A stretch of DNA of 64,000 bases from Hydrogenophaga sp. (GCF_026125785.1 NZ_JAHCKL010000001.1:2949-66948); one strand, 5' to 3'. Counted from the stretch's first letter, positions 35,714 to 45,617 are shown. Notes: generated by a model from the sequence alone, not told the origin. Translations and numbers: made by a program.

Positions 35714-37360
35714 ATGGCATTGATCGAAGTGAAGGTCCCGGACATTGGGGATTTCGACGAGGTGGCGGTCATCGAACTGCTGGTGAAGGTGGGCGACGCG
35801 GTCAAGGCCGAGCAGTCCCTGATCACCGTGGAATCGGACAAGGCTTCCATGGAGATTCCGTCGTCCCATGGCGGGGTGATCAAGGAACTCAAGGTGGCCC
35901 TGGGCGACAAGGTGAAGGAAGGCTCGGTGCTGGTGGTGCTCGATGCCGCCGAGGCTGCGGCAGCCGCGCCCGCGCCTGCGTCTGCACCTGTTTCCGCGCC
36001 CCCCGCGGCGGCACCTGCCTCCACCCCGGTACCTGCCGCCACGGTTGCGCCTGCGGCCGGCCCGGTCGAGGTCCGGGTGCCCGACATCGGCGACTTCAAG
36101 GATGTGGCCGTCATCGAGGTGCTGGTCAAGCCCGGTGATTCGATCAAGCAGGAACAGAGCCTGATCACCGTGGAGTCCGACAAGGCGTCGATGGAGATTC
36201 CGTCTTCCGCCGCTGGCGTGCTCAAGGAACTCAAGGTCAAGGTGGGTGACAAGGTCAACATCGGAGACCTGCTGGCAGTCCTCGAAGGTACGGGAGCCGC
36301 GCCAGCCGCCGCCGCACCGGCGACCGCTTCACCAACACCGGTCCCGGCGACCGCGGCGCCGGCGCCTGCCGCTGCGCCCGCCCCGGCAGCGCTCAGCACC
36401 GAGCGACCAACGCCCAATGCCCCCATGGGCCTCCCGCATGCCTCGCCCTCGGTGCGCAAGTTCGCCCGCGAGCTCGGCGTGCCGCTGGAAGAGGTCAAGG
36501 GCAGTGGCGTCAAGGGGCGCATCACGCAGGAGGATGTGCAAGGCTTCACCAAGGCGGTCATGGCTGGCGCCGTGCAGACCAAAGCACAGGCCGCCAAGGC
36601 CCCTGCGGGTGGGGGCGATGGCGCGGGCCTGGGCCTCATTCCCTGGCCCAAGGTGGATTTCGCCAAGTTCGGCCCCATCGAACGCAAGGAGCTGGGGCGC
36701 ATCAAGAAGATCAGCGGTGCCAACCTGCTGCGCAACGCGGTCATGATCCCGGCCGTCACCAACCACGATGATGCCGACATCACCGAGCTGGAAGCCTTCC
36801 GCGTGGCGACCAACAAGGAGAACGAGAAGAGCGGCGTCAAGGTCACCATGCTGGCTTTCCTGATCAAGGCCTGCGTGGCCGCGCTCAAGAAATTTCCCGA
36901 ATTCAACAGCAGCCTGGACGGTGACGCGCTGGTCTACAAGCAGTACTGGCACATCGGTTTTGCCGCCGATACGCCCAATGGCCTGGTGGTGCCGGTCATC
37001 AAGGACGCGGACAAGAAGGGGGTGCTGGCCATCAGCAAGGAGATGTCCGAACTCGCGGCCAAGGCGCGGGAAGGCAAGCTCGGGCCGGCCGACATGAGTG
37101 GCGCGACTTTCACCATCTCCAGCCTGGGTGGTATCGGTGGGCGCTACTTCACGCCCATCATCAACGCCCCTGAGGTGGCCATCCTCGGTGTCTGCAAGAG
37201 CCAGATGGAGCCTGTGTGGGACGGCAAGGCCTTCCAGCCGCGCCTGATGCTGCCGCTGTCGCTGACCTGGGATCACCGCGTGATCGACGGTGCCGCGGCT
37301 GCGCGCTTCAACGCCTACCTGGGGCAGATCCTCGCCGACTTCCGTCGCGTGCTGCTGTAA
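35714..37360 (+). CDS. aceF: dihydrolipoyllysine-residue acetyltransferase (PDH E2) with two lipoyl domains
   Basis: Two [12 protein letters not shown] lipoyl-lysine modules are separated by Ala/Pro linkers. It has a peripheral subunit-binding domain ([14 protein letters not shown]) and the catalytic DHRVIDGA motif. Confidence 0.95.
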   Translation: MALIEVKVPDIGDFDEVAVIELLVKVGDAVKAEQSLITVESDKASMEIPSSHGGVIKELKVALGDKVKEGSVLVVLDAAEAAAAAPAPASAPVSAPPAAAPASTPVPAATVAPAAGPVEVRVPDIGDFKDVAVIEVLVKPGDSIKQEQSLITVESDKASMEIPSSAAGVLKELKVKVGDKVNIGDLLAVLEGTGAAPAAAAPATASPTPVPATAAPAPAAAPAPAALSTERPTPNAPMGLPHASPSVRKFARELGVPLEEVKGSGVKGRITQEDVQGFTKAVMAGAVQTKAQAAKAPAGGGDGAGLGLIPWPKVDFAKFGPIERKELGRIKKISGANLLRNAVMIPAVTNHDDADITELEAFRVATNKENEKSGVKVTMLAFLIKACVAALKKFPEFNSSLDGDALVYKQYWHIGFAADTPNGLVVPVIKDADKKGVLAISKEMSELAAKAREGKLGPADMSGATFTISSLGGIGGRYFTPIINAPEVAILGVCKSQMEPVWDGKAFQPRLMLPLSLTWDHRVIDGAAAARFNAYLGQILADFRRVLL

Positions 37361-37373
37361 GGGAGAAGCAGAC

Positions 37374-39206
37374 ATGGCCATTGTGGATATCAAGGTGCCC
37401 GACATCGGCGACTTCTCGGAGGTCGCCATCATCGAGTTGTTGGTCAAGCCGGGCGACACGGTCAAGGCCGAGCAGAGCCTGATCACGGTCGAGAGCGACA
37501 AGGCGTCGATGGAGATCCCTTCGTCGCACGCGGGTGTGGTCAAGGACATCAAGGTCAAGATCGGCGACAAGGTGAGCGAGGGTTCGGTGATCCTGTCCCT
37601 CGACGCGGCGCAAGGCGCCACCGCTGCAGCACCGGCAGCCGCCCCGGCAGCACCTGCGCCCGCGCAGGTCAAGGCCGGTCCCGCCGCAAGTCCGGCGCCG
37701 GCGGCGGCGAACTACGGCGGCCCAGCCGACCTCGACTGCGACGTGCTCGTGCTCGGTGGTGGTCCGGGCGGCTACAGCGCCGCTTTCCGCGCGGCCGACC
37801 TGGGCCTCAAGGTGGTGCTCGTCGAACGCTACGCCACGCTGGGCGGGGTGTGCCTCAACGTCGGCTGCATCCCTTCCAAGGCCTTGCTGCACGTTGCCGC
37901 CGTGATGGACGAGGTCAGCCACATGGCCGACCTGGGCGTGGACTTTGGCCAACCCGTGGTCCACATCGACAAGCTGCGCGCTCACAAGGAAAAGGTGATT
38001 GGCAAGCTCACCGGCGGCCTGGCGGCCATGGCCAAGATGCGCAAAGTCACTGTGCTGCGCGGCTACGGCAGCTTCGTTGGCCCCAACCACCTGGAGGTGG
38101 AGGAGACCGGCGGCACCGGCCAGGAGCGCACGGGCAAGAAGCAGGTGGTGGGCTTCCGCAAGGCCATCATCGCCGCCGGCTCGCAGGCGGTTCGCCTGCC
38201 CTTCATGCCGGACGATCCCCGTGTGGTGGACAGCACCGGCGCCCTGGCGCTCAAGGAAGTCCCCAAGCGCATGCTGATCCTCGGCGGCGGCATCATCGGC
38301 CTTGAAATGGGCACGGTCTACAGCACGCTGGGTGCTCGCCTGGACGTGGTGGAAATGCTCGATGGTCTGATGCAGGGCGCCGACCGCGACCTGGTGAAGA
38401 TCTGGCAGAAGATGAACGCCCGCCGCTTCGACAACATCATGCTGAAAACCAAGACGGTGGCGGCGAAGGCCACGCCCGAAGGTATCCAGGTGAGCTTTGC
38501 GCCGGCCGAAGAGGGGGGCAAGGCGCCCGAGCCGCAGACCTATGACCTGGTCCTGCAAGCGGTGGGGCGTACACCCAACGGCAAGAAGATTGGTGCGGAC
38601 AAAGCGGGGGTGTCGGTGACCGACCGTGGGTTCATCGAGGTGGACATCCAGATGCGCACCAACGTGCCGCACATCTTCGCCATCGGCGACATCGTGGGCC
38701 AGCCCATGCTGGCACACAAGGCGGTGCACGAGGCGCATGTGGCGGCGGAGGTGATCGCTGGCGAGCTCCAGGACAACAAGGCGTTGGCATCCGCCGCCTT
38801 CAACGCGCGCGTGATTCCGAGCGTGGCCTATACCGATCCCGAGGTCGCCTGGGTCGGGTTGACCGAAGACCAGGCCAAGGCGCAGGGCATCAAGGTCAAG
38901 AAGGGCTTGTTCCCCTGGAGCGCCTCGGGCCGTGCCATCGCCAACGGCCGGGACGAAGGCGTGACCAAGCTGCTGTTCGATGACTCGCCTGAGGCGCACG
39001 GCCATGGCCGCATTCTGGGCGGTGGCATGGTGGGCACGCATGCAGGCGACATGATCGGGGAGATCGCGCTGGCCATTGAGATGGGGGCCGATGCCGTGGA
39101 TATCGGCAAGACCATCCATCCCCATCCGACGCTGGGCGAGAGCATCGGCATGGCTGCCGAGGTGGCGCACGGCTCCTGCACCGACGTGCCGCCGCAGCGC
39201 CGCTAA
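37374..39206 (+). CDS. lpdA: dihydrolipoyl dehydrogenase (E3) with N-terminal lipoyl domain
   Basis: ORF trimmed to [14 protein letters not shown] at 37374. It has a lipoyl domain ([12 protein letters not shown]) and Ala/Pro linker. The E3 core has GGGPGGY, the redox-active [10 protein letters not shown] and the HAHPTL-like HPHPTLGE. Confidence 0.9.
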   Translation: MAIVDIKVPDIGDFSEVAIIELLVKPGDTVKAEQSLITVESDKASMEIPSSHAGVVKDIKVKIGDKVSEGSVILSLDAAQGATAAAPAAAPAAPAPAQVKAGPAASPAPAAANYGGPADLDCDVLVLGGGPGGYSAAFRAADLGLKVVLVERYATLGGVCLNVGCIPSKALLHVAAVMDEVSHMADLGVDFGQPVVHIDKLRAHKEKVIGKLTGGLAAMAKMRKVTVLRGYGSFVGPNHLEVEETGGTGQERTGKKQVVGFRKAIIAAGSQAVRLPFMPDDPRVVDSTGALALKEVPKRMLILGGGIIGLEMGTVYSTLGARLDVVEMLDGLMQGADRDLVKIWQKMNARRFDNIMLKTKTVAAKATPEGIQVSFAPAEEGGKAPEPQTYDLVLQAVGRTPNGKKIGADKAGVSVTDRGFIEVDIQMRTNVPHIFAIGDIVGQPMLAHKAVHEAHVAAEVIAGELQDNKALASAAFNARVIPSVAYTDPEVAWVGLTEDQAKAQGIKVKKGLFPWSASGRAIANGRDEGVTKLLFDDSPEAHGHGRILGGGMVGTHAGDMIGEIALAIEMGADAVDIGKTIHPHPTLGESIGMAAEVAHGSCTDVPPQRR

Positions 39207-39226
39207 CCAGGCTGCGCCACAGGCAG

Positions 39227-39260
39227 AAAAGCCGCCAGCCCGCAAGGGCGGCGGCTTTTT
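39227..39260. terminator. bidirectional rho-independent terminator
   Basis: AAAAGCCGCC...GGCGGCTTTTT hairpin flanked by an A-run and a T-run, between the convergent stops at 39206 (+) and 39274 (-). Confidence 0.75.
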
Positions 39261-39273
39261 CATGCCTTCGGTT

Positions 39274-40641
39274 TCAGCGTGGAGCGACGCGGCTGGCCAG
39301 CGGTGGAGGCCTGTAGTCGGGCAACAGCTTGCACGAGCCGCCATACGTCGCCTCATAGCCCTTGCAGAGCGCCGCGACTTTCTGCGGCGTGGGTTTCTGG
39401 CGGTGGTCTATCCAGTCCAGCAATGCCGTGAACAGTGCGGGGTATTGGGCGTCGGCCAGGTAGCTGTGTTCGGATTCGTCGCTGAAGTTCTGTACCAGCC
39501 AGTGGCCATTGCCCGCGCGCTCCAACTCGTCGCGGTAGGCAGACTCCAGCTCGACGAACGCTGTGGGATCGTGCACGGCATGCAAGGTGATGATCGGCAT
39601 GTTCACTCGGCCTTGTGGCGCGCTGTCCTGCGCCAATTCCGCCACCGCGGCGGGGTCGGCCGCGTAGCGCAGGACGCCTGCGTTGAGTGCCGCATCGTCC
39701 GCGGAACCTTTGTACACCGCGCGCGTGTTGTCGAACGGGTTGCGCCCGCCCAGGCGCAACTGGGTCAGGTCGCGGAACAACCAGGTGGCCCAATTGAGGT
39801 GAGGAATCAGCGAGCGTTCGGGAATCTGGATCACCTTCACCAGCGTAGCCAAGTTGGCTTTCTGCTGTTCGGTGCGCTGAGCTGCCGGCTTGCGCACGCC
39901 GGTGCACTCGTCCACGCGGGCGGCGAGTTCTGCCCGGTTGAGGCGGGTGCCCATCGGCAGGCCCTGCCACAAGGGGTACTGCGGTTCGTCGGCGCGCGGG
40001 TGGTTCTTGCAGACGTATTGGTAGACCACACGCAGATCCAGACGGAAGTCATAGGCCTTGGTGCCGCCTCCCAGCACGCCGCTGGTGAGCAGGACACCGT
40101 CGTAGGGACCTTTGACGGGGCCATGGGGGCCATCGACCGTCGCATAGAGTTCGGCGGCTTTGGATGCCACGCCTGCGCCATAGCTCTGTCCATGCAGCAG
40201 CGTTCGCCGCGGTGGCCCGAACTGTCTGACGAACAGGCGGCGCAGGCGCTCGGTGTCTTCCGCCGCCATGCTCACGCCGTAGCCGCCGCGCCGGTAGGTG
40301 GCGCCCGCCCAGGCGTACCCGGCCTTGACGGTTACCGCCCAGCGTTGGAGGTCCTCTTCGCTGCGTTCTGGTCTGGCCGGACCCGTGTCGGCCGGCCCTC
40401 CGTGCGCATGCATGACCAGTACGCCCGTGCTGGCACGCCACCCGGGAGGCAGTGCCATCCAATAAAAGCCACCCAGGCCATCCTCACCGCTGAAGCAGGA
40501 TGAGCCCGTTGGCACCTCCGCAGGACAGGGACGGGATTGGGGCACTGACGGACCCTGCGCCAAGACGAAGCTGGCATTCAGCAGCACGGCTGCCGCTGCG
40601 GCACGGATGGCCAGCCGGCGGCCGAAGGCATGAAAGGGCAT
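39274..40641 (-). CDS. secreted alpha/beta-hydrolase-fold protein, function unknown
   Basis: Signal peptide (MPFHAFGRRLAIRAAAAAVLLNASFVLAQG), an oxyanion-like VMHAHGGP and the nucleophile elbow GQSYGAG. 455 aa. Confidence 0.6.
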   Translation of the reverse strand: MPFHAFGRRLAIRAAAAAVLLNASFVLAQGPSVPQSRPCPAEVPTGSSCFSGEDGLGGFYWMALPPGWRASTGVLVMHAHGGPADTGPARPERSEEDLQRWAVTVKAGYAWAGATYRRGGYGVSMAAEDTERLRRLFVRQFGPPRRTLLHGQSYGAGVASKAAELYATVDGPHGPVKGPYDGVLLTSGVLGGGTKAYDFRLDLRVVYQYVCKNHPRADEPQYPLWQGLPMGTRLNRAELAARVDECTGVRKPAAQRTEQQKANLATLVKVIQIPERSLIPHLNWATWLFRDLTQLRLGGRNPFDNTRAVYKGSADDAALNAGVLRYAADPAAVAELAQDSAPQGRVNMPIITLHAVHDPTAFVELESAYRDELERAGNGHWLVQNFSDESEHSYLADAQYPALFTALLDWIDHRQKPTPQKVAALCKGYEATYGGSCKLLPDYRPPPLASRVAPR

Positions 40642-40727
40642 GTCGGTCTCCTGTCGTGGTCGGCGCGTGGCCTGAACGATAGGGCCAGGGGGGCGCTTGC
40701 GTCAAATGCCGCAACGCCAAGGCGGGA

Positions 40728-41285
40728 TCAGGGGGCTTTGTCCTTGTCGTTCAATGGCACACGCCGGGCGCCGTTGAAGCGGGAGTTCCAGTAGCTCATG
40801 CGCATGTCTTCCATGCGCACCTGGGCACCGGCACGCGGAGAATGGATGAACTTGCCTTCGCCCACGTAGATGCCCACATGGCTGAACGCGCGGCGCATGG
40901 TGTTGAAGAACACCAGATCACCTGGCTTGAGTTCGCTGCGGTCTATGGTCTGGGTGGCGGCGGCCTGCTCGTCCGAGCGGCGTGGCAAGACCTTGCCCAG
41001 CGACTGTTCGTAGACCGCGCGCACGAAGCCGCTGCAGTCAAAACCCGTATCGGCGCTGTTGCCGCCGTAGCGGTAGGGAATATCGAGGAACGCCAGTGCG
41101 TTGATGACCAGGCTGGAAGCCTGTTCGCTCACGGTGTCGCGGGCCTGCTGGATCTGATCGCCCATCCGGGACATCAGGCCCTTCTCCGCCAGAAAGCCGT
41201 CGATGTCGTTGAAGCCGCTGTTTCCCGGCGCGGCGTGTGCCACGGCCGAGCAAGTCAGGAGGAGGGCGGGAAGCCAGCGAATCAT
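40728..41285 (-). CDS. C40 family peptidase (NlpC/P60)
   Basis: Start taken at MIRWLPALLLTCSAVAHA (signal peptide). Catalytic Cys context GFDCSGFVRAVY and His context FSHVGIYVGEGKFIHSP. Confidence 0.85.
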   Translation of the reverse strand: MIRWLPALLLTCSAVAHAAPGNSGFNDIDGFLAEKGLMSRMGDQIQQARDTVSEQASSLVINALAFLDIPYRYGGNSADTGFDCSGFVRAVYEQSLGKVLPRRSDEQAAATQTIDRSELKPGDLVFFNTMRRAFSHVGIYVGEGKFIHSPRAGAQVRMEDMRMSYWNSRFNGARRVPLNDKDKAP

Positions 41286-41495
41286 GGCGCGCAGCGTATC
41301 GGGGATGGCGTTCGAAGTCAAGTGAGGATCTTCAATCAACTCCTTGATTTTCCTGGCTTTTCAAGGCGTTGCGACAGTGAGGAATGGTCAACGGCAAACC
41401 ATGTCTGACCGACGGTAAATTGAACCTCATAGAAGCAGCTGAAGCCTGTTGGACAGCTGGAGATCACCTTGAAATTTTGATCTTTCGATAAAAAT

Positions 41496-41510
41496 TTGAA
41501 CATCGTTCAA
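41496..41510. promoter_or_regulatory. perfect inverted repeat upstream of the TetR gene (candidate operator)
   Basis: TTGAAC-ATC-GTTCAA lies 34-52 nt upstream of the possible TetR starts, inside a ~200-nt AT-rich divergent gap. Confidence 0.4.
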
Positions 41511-41543
41511 TAAAATATCCGGGATTCATTTTTATGTGCCTGG

Positions 41544-42278
41544 TTGAAAAAGGGTATGCCTATGCGGGTGCAAATCCACGATCTCAAACCTGTCTTGAGC
41601 GAGACGGAGATGCTGGCCCTGCGCGAGCACCAGGCTCAACGTCAGCAGCGACAGGCCGCGCAATCCATGCAAAGACGTGGTCTGGTGCTTGAGGCTGCGT
41701 GCCGGGTGTTCGCCGAGCGGGGGCTGGACGGTGCCAGCATCCGGGAGATCGCGCGGCGCGCGGGCTACACGGCCGGGGCCATCTACAGCTATTTCGACAG
41801 CAAGGAGGCGATCCACGTGGCGCTTCTGGGGGAGTCGCTGGAGCGCCTTCGCTTGGCGATGGAGGCACCTCGCGTGCCGCGTGGTCAGCACCGTGCCGCA
41901 TTGGAAGCCCGGGCACGTGCCTGGTTCGCCTTCTATGTCGCGCACCCGCAGGATTTGGACCTGGCGCTGTTGCGCACGCATGGACCGGAGGGTGGCGCGC
42001 AGTCGCTGCTGGATGCGCGGGTGCTGGAGGCCATGCGTCCGTGCGAGCAGGCGCTGCTGTCGCTGGGCCTCGACCAAGAGGCCGCTGTACAGGAGCGAAC
42101 CGCCTTGCTGGCCTATGGCCTGGGGTTGCTGGTGCTGCGGCAGGTCGGTTTGCCTGGGGGCGAGCCACAGGCGCAGATCCTGTTCGATCGCTACCTCGCT
42201 CAGTTGCTGGAGCGCGTCGGGCCGGCGATGCCCCCGGCAACGCCTGAAGCAGAGCAGGGCGATCTGTTCGATCTTTGA
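41544..42278 (+). CDS. TetR/AcrR family transcriptional regulator
   Basis: HTH region VLEAACRVFAERGLDGASIREIARRAGYTAGAIYSYFDSKEAI. The start is uncertain: TTG 41544, or ATG 41556/41562. Confidence 0.85.
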   Translation: MKKGMPMRVQIHDLKPVLSETEMLALREHQAQRQQRQAAQSMQRRGLVLEAACRVFAERGLDGASIREIARRAGYTAGAIYSYFDSKEAIHVALLGESLERLRLAMEAPRVPRGQHRAALEARARAWFAFYVAHPQDLDLALLRTHGPEGGAQSLLDARVLEAMRPCEQALLSLGLDQEAAVQERTALLAYGLGLLVLRQVGLPGGEPQAQILFDRYLAQLLERVGPAMPPATPEAEQGDLFDL

Positions 42279-42366
42279 CGCCGCTCATGTGCGTGGTGGT
42301 GCTAGCGCTGCGAGAATGCCGCACCGATCGCGCTGAACCACACGACGCACAGACCGAAAGATACCG

Positions 42367-42969
42367 ATGCTTCTGGACGCTTCCGAATCCCAATTGGTGC
42401 TGGTGGACTACCAGGCCCGCCTGATGCCCGCACTCCACGAAGGCCCGCTGGTGCTGGCCAATGCCCTGCGCCTGGCTCGCCTCGCCGACCTGCTCAAGGT
42501 GCCCACCTTGGGAACGGAGCAGAACCCCGACAGGCTGGGCCAGAACCCGCCGGAGCTGCGCGGGTTGTGCCGCAAGACATTGGCCAAGATGCATTTCAGC
42601 GCCGTGCCCGAAGGCCTGGCCGATTGGCTCAGGCCCGCTGCGCGCGCCAGTCAAGGCAACGCACGCAGCCTGCCCAAGCACCTGCAGAAGCCCGCCGCCG
42701 CAGCCCCCGAACGCGCCAGCATCGTGCTGGCGGGCTGTGAGGCCCACGTCTGCCTGCTGCAGACGGCGCTGGAGTTGCTGGAGCAGGAGTTCGAGGTCTG
42801 GGTGGTTACCGACGCCTGCAGTTCGCGCACGGAGCGCAACCGCGATGCCGCTTTTGACCGGCTGGCCGGCGCCGGGGCGGAATTGTTGACCACGGAGATG
42901 GTGGCGTTCGAGTGGCTGAGGTCCGCCGAACACCCCGCTTTCAAGGAGGTTCAGGCGCTGATCAAGTAG
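42367..42969 (+). CDS. isochorismatase family hydrolase
   Basis: LVLVDYQ N-terminal strand and IVLAGCEAHVCLLQTALEL catalytic-Cys region, typical of cysteine hydrolases of the isochorismatase family. Confidence 0.8.
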   Translation: MLLDASESQLVLVDYQARLMPALHEGPLVLANALRLARLADLLKVPTLGTEQNPDRLGQNPPELRGLCRKTLAKMHFSAVPEGLADWLRPAARASQGNARSLPKHLQKPAAAAPERASIVLAGCEAHVCLLQTALELLEQEFEVWVVTDACSSRTERNRDAAFDRLAGAGAELLTTEMVAFEWLRSAEHPAFKEVQALIK

Positions 42970-43030
42970 CCCGCTCGCAGAACAGCGGGTACCCAGACGG
43001 GGCTGTGTCAGCCTGTCGCAAGGCTGGTTC

Positions 43031-43042
43031 TCATAATTATGA
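43031..43042. promoter_or_regulatory. 12-bp perfect palindrome upstream of prpE-like gene
   Basis: TCATAATTATGA lies 44 nt upstream of the ATG at 43086. It may simply overlap a -10-like CATAAT element. Confidence 0.3.
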
Positions 43043-43085
43043 ATTCAGTTTGATCCCGTTCGTCATTCCACTGCAGGAGACACCC

Positions 43086-44987
43086 ATGACCGCGCCCCAG
43101 GCTTACGCCGAGTTCTACCGCCGCTCCATTGAAGACCGTGACGCTTTCTGGACCGAGCAGGCGGCGCTGGTGGATTGGCGCCAACCGTTCAGCCGCGTCT
43201 GCAACCACGACAACCCGCCTTTCACCCGCTGGTTCGAGGGTGGCCTGCTCAACCTGTGCCACAACGCCGTGGACCGCCACTTGCAGGACCGTGGGGATCA
43301 GGCGGCGCTGATTTTTGTCTCGACGGAGACCGATACCGAGAAGACCTACAGCTTTCGCGAGCTTCATGCCGAAGTGCAGCACATGGCAGCCGTGCTCAAG
43401 GCGCAGGGCGTGCGGCGCGGCGACCGGGTGCTGATCTACATGCCCATGATCCCGGAGGCAGCGTTTGCCATGCTGGCCTGCGCGCGCATCGGCGCCATCC
43501 ATTCGGTGGTGTTTGGTGGCTTCGCCAGCCACTCGTTGGCCAACCGCATCGAGGATGCCGAACCGGTTGCCATCGTCAGCGCGGACGCGGGTTCGCGCGG
43601 CGGCAAGGTGGTGCCCTACAAGCCGCTGCTCGACGAGGCCATCCGCCTCTCCAGCCACAAGCCGGCTTCGGTGATTTTGGTCAACCGCGGGCTGGCGCCC
43701 ATGGACCTGGTGGCCGGTCGCGATCAGGACTATGCCGCGCTGCGGGCGCAGCACCTGAATGCCCAGGTGCCCTGTGAGTGGCTGGCGTCTACCGACATCA
43801 GCTACACCATCTACACCAGCGGGACCACGGGCAAACCCAAGGGCGTGCAGCGTGACGTGGGAGGCTACACCGTGGCGCTGGCGGCCAGCATGAAGCACAT
43901 CTTCATGGGCGAGCCGGGCGAAACCTATTTCTCCACCAGCGACATCGGCTGGGTGGTGGGGCACAGTTACATCGTCTACGGTCCCCTGATCGCGGGCATG
44001 GCCACCATCATGTACGAGGGGCTGCCCATCCGGCCCGATGGCGGCATCTGGTGGAGCCTGGTCGAGAAGTACAAGGTGACGGTCATGTTCAGCGCCCCGA
44101 CGGCGGTGCGGGTGCTCAAGAAGCAGGACCCGGCCTTCCTGGGCAAATACGACCTCTCCAGCCTGCGAGCGCTGTTCCTGGCTGGGGAGCCGCTGGATGA
44201 GCCCACCGCGCGCTGGATCAGCGACGGGCTGGGCGTGCCCATCATCGACAACTACTGGCAGACCGAGAGCGGCTGGCCCATTCTGACCATTGCCAACGGC
44301 GTGGAGAAGAAGGCCAGCAAGTTTGGCAGTCCGGGTGTGCCCATGTATGGCTATGCCGTCAAACTGCTGCATGAGCACACCGGCGAGGAACTGACCGGGG
44401 CCGACGAGAAGGGGGTCGTCGTGATCGAGGGGCCAACGCCACCGGGATTCATGCAGACCGTCTGGCGAGACGACGCGCGTTTCGTCAACACCTATTGGAA
44501 GAGCATCCCGGGCAAGCTGGTCTACAGCACCTTCGACTGGGGCGTGCGCGACAAGGACGGCTATTTCTACATCCTGGGCCGTACCGACGACGTCATCAAC
44601 GTGGCGGGTCATCGGCTGGGTACCCGCGAGATCGAGGAGAGCATTGCCAGCCACCCGAACGTGGCGGAAGTGGCGGTTGTTGGCGTGGCCGACCAGCTCA
44701 AGGGCCAGGTGGCGATGGCGTTCGCGGTGGCCAAGGATGCCTCGGCGCTGGACACCGACGCGGGTTGTCTCAAGCTGGAGGGCGAGGTCATGAAGCTCGT
44801 CGACGAACAGCTCGGAGCGGTGGCCCGCCCGGCGCGTGTGCGTTTTGTCAGCGTGCTGCCCAAGACGCGCAGCGGCAAGCTGCTGCGCCGCGCCATCCAG
44901 GCGGTCTGTGAAGGCCGCGATCCGGGCGACCTGACCACCATGGATGATCCTGCTGCATTGCAGCAGATCAAGGATTTGCTCGCCTGA
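43086..44987 (+). CDS. prpE: propionate-CoA ligase / acetyl-CoA synthetase family enzyme
   Basis: ORF trimmed to MTAPQAYAEFYRRSIEDRDAFWTEQA at 43086. It has YTSGTTGKPKGV, WQTESG and RSGKLLRR. The length of 633 aa and the N-terminus fit PrpE-type enzymes. Confidence 0.75.
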   Translation: MTAPQAYAEFYRRSIEDRDAFWTEQAALVDWRQPFSRVCNHDNPPFTRWFEGGLLNLCHNAVDRHLQDRGDQAALIFVSTETDTEKTYSFRELHAEVQHMAAVLKAQGVRRGDRVLIYMPMIPEAAFAMLACARIGAIHSVVFGGFASHSLANRIEDAEPVAIVSADAGSRGGKVVPYKPLLDEAIRLSSHKPASVILVNRGLAPMDLVAGRDQDYAALRAQHLNAQVPCEWLASTDISYTIYTSGTTGKPKGVQRDVGGYTVALAASMKHIFMGEPGETYFSTSDIGWVVGHSYIVYGPLIAGMATIMYEGLPIRPDGGIWWSLVEKYKVTVMFSAPTAVRVLKKQDPAFLGKYDLSSLRALFLAGEPLDEPTARWISDGLGVPIIDNYWQTESGWPILTIANGVEKKASKFGSPGVPMYGYAVKLLHEHTGEELTGADEKGVVVIEGPTPPGFMQTVWRDDARFVNTYWKSIPGKLVYSTFDWGVRDKDGYFYILGRTDDVINVAGHRLGTREIEESIASHPNVAEVAVVGVADQLKGQVAMAFAVAKDASALDTDAGCLKLEGEVMKLVDEQLGAVARPARVRFVSVLPKTRSGKLLRRAIQAVCEGRDPGDLTTMDDPAALQQIKDLLA

Positions 44988-45067
44988 TCTCCGTATGGGC
45001 TCCGGGTGGTCGCCGCAGGTCTTTGTAAGTATCATCCATGCTTATATAGACACTAGCGAAGATCGCC

Positions 45068-45442
45068 ATGGAACAAATGATCGAGTCCTCCGGGCAGGTG
45101 GAGAAGGTACGGGTGTTCGAACTGGCTGCCGAGCTGTTTGGCGTGCTGGCCACGCCCATGCGTCTGCGAATCCTCAGCGCGCTCTGCGACAAGGAGAAAT
45201 CCGTCTCGCAACTGTTGCAGGAGATCGACACCACCCAGCCCAACCTGTCGCAGCACCTGAATCTGCTGTACCGGGCTGGCGTACTGGCCAAGCGCAAGGA
45301 AGGCACACAGGTCATCTACAGAGTGCAGAGCGAGAAGGCGGTGACGCTGTGCCGTACGGTGTGCACGCAGATCGCGATCGAAATGGATGAGCCCAGTTCG
45401 GTGCCTGCTTCCGAGCGTCTGTCGCCGCGGGTTGCATCCTGA
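45068..45442 (+). CDS. ArsR/SmtB family transcriptional regulator
   Basis: LFGVLATPMRLRILSALCDKEKSVSQLLQEIDTTQPNLSQHLNLLYRAGVLAKRKEG.QVIYR is the canonical ArsR wHTH. 124 aa. Confidence 0.85.
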   Translation: MEQMIESSGQVEKVRVFELAAELFGVLATPMRLRILSALCDKEKSVSQLLQEIDTTQPNLSQHLNLLYRAGVLAKRKEGTQVIYRVQSEKAVTLCRTVCTQIAIEMDEPSSVPASERLSPRVAS

Positions 45443-45584
45443 CGCACATTCGTCACGCAAACTTTCTACCCTGATGGCCTCCGAGGTGGCACAATCCCGG
45501 ATTGCAGTCAGGTCCTTCCACAGTCACTGTCGCATCCGCCAAACGGTTCAGCCGGGCCGCGGAAGGTTTTCTTAACCAGCTAAT

Positions 45585-45601
45585 GTTTCCCCAAGGGAAA
45601 C
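45585..45601 (+). promoter_or_regulatory. perfect 7-bp stem / 3-nt loop palindrome in the sucA leader
   Basis: GTTTCCC-CAA-GGGAAAC sits immediately 5' of the sucA Shine-Dalgarno (GGAGG, 45602-45606). The role is unknown. Confidence 0.3.
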
Positions 45602-45617
45602 GGAGGTCAGCGAATCC

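Noticed and set aside
37308-39356. 682-aa minus-strand ORF, and similar long antisense ORFs (28734-30389, 32987-34405, 34574-35869, 50036-51661, 53693-55330, 60233-61498, 62473-63730)
   Set aside because: All lie opposite genes with strong family motifs (lpdA, folD/response regulator, aceE, lpd, helicase, rlmN, rodZ/ispG). All show the skewed composition of non-coding frames in high-GC DNA.
43008-45035. 675-aa minus-strand ORF
   Set aside because: It is antisense to the prpE-like ligase, which carries the canonical AMP-binding motifs on the plus strand.
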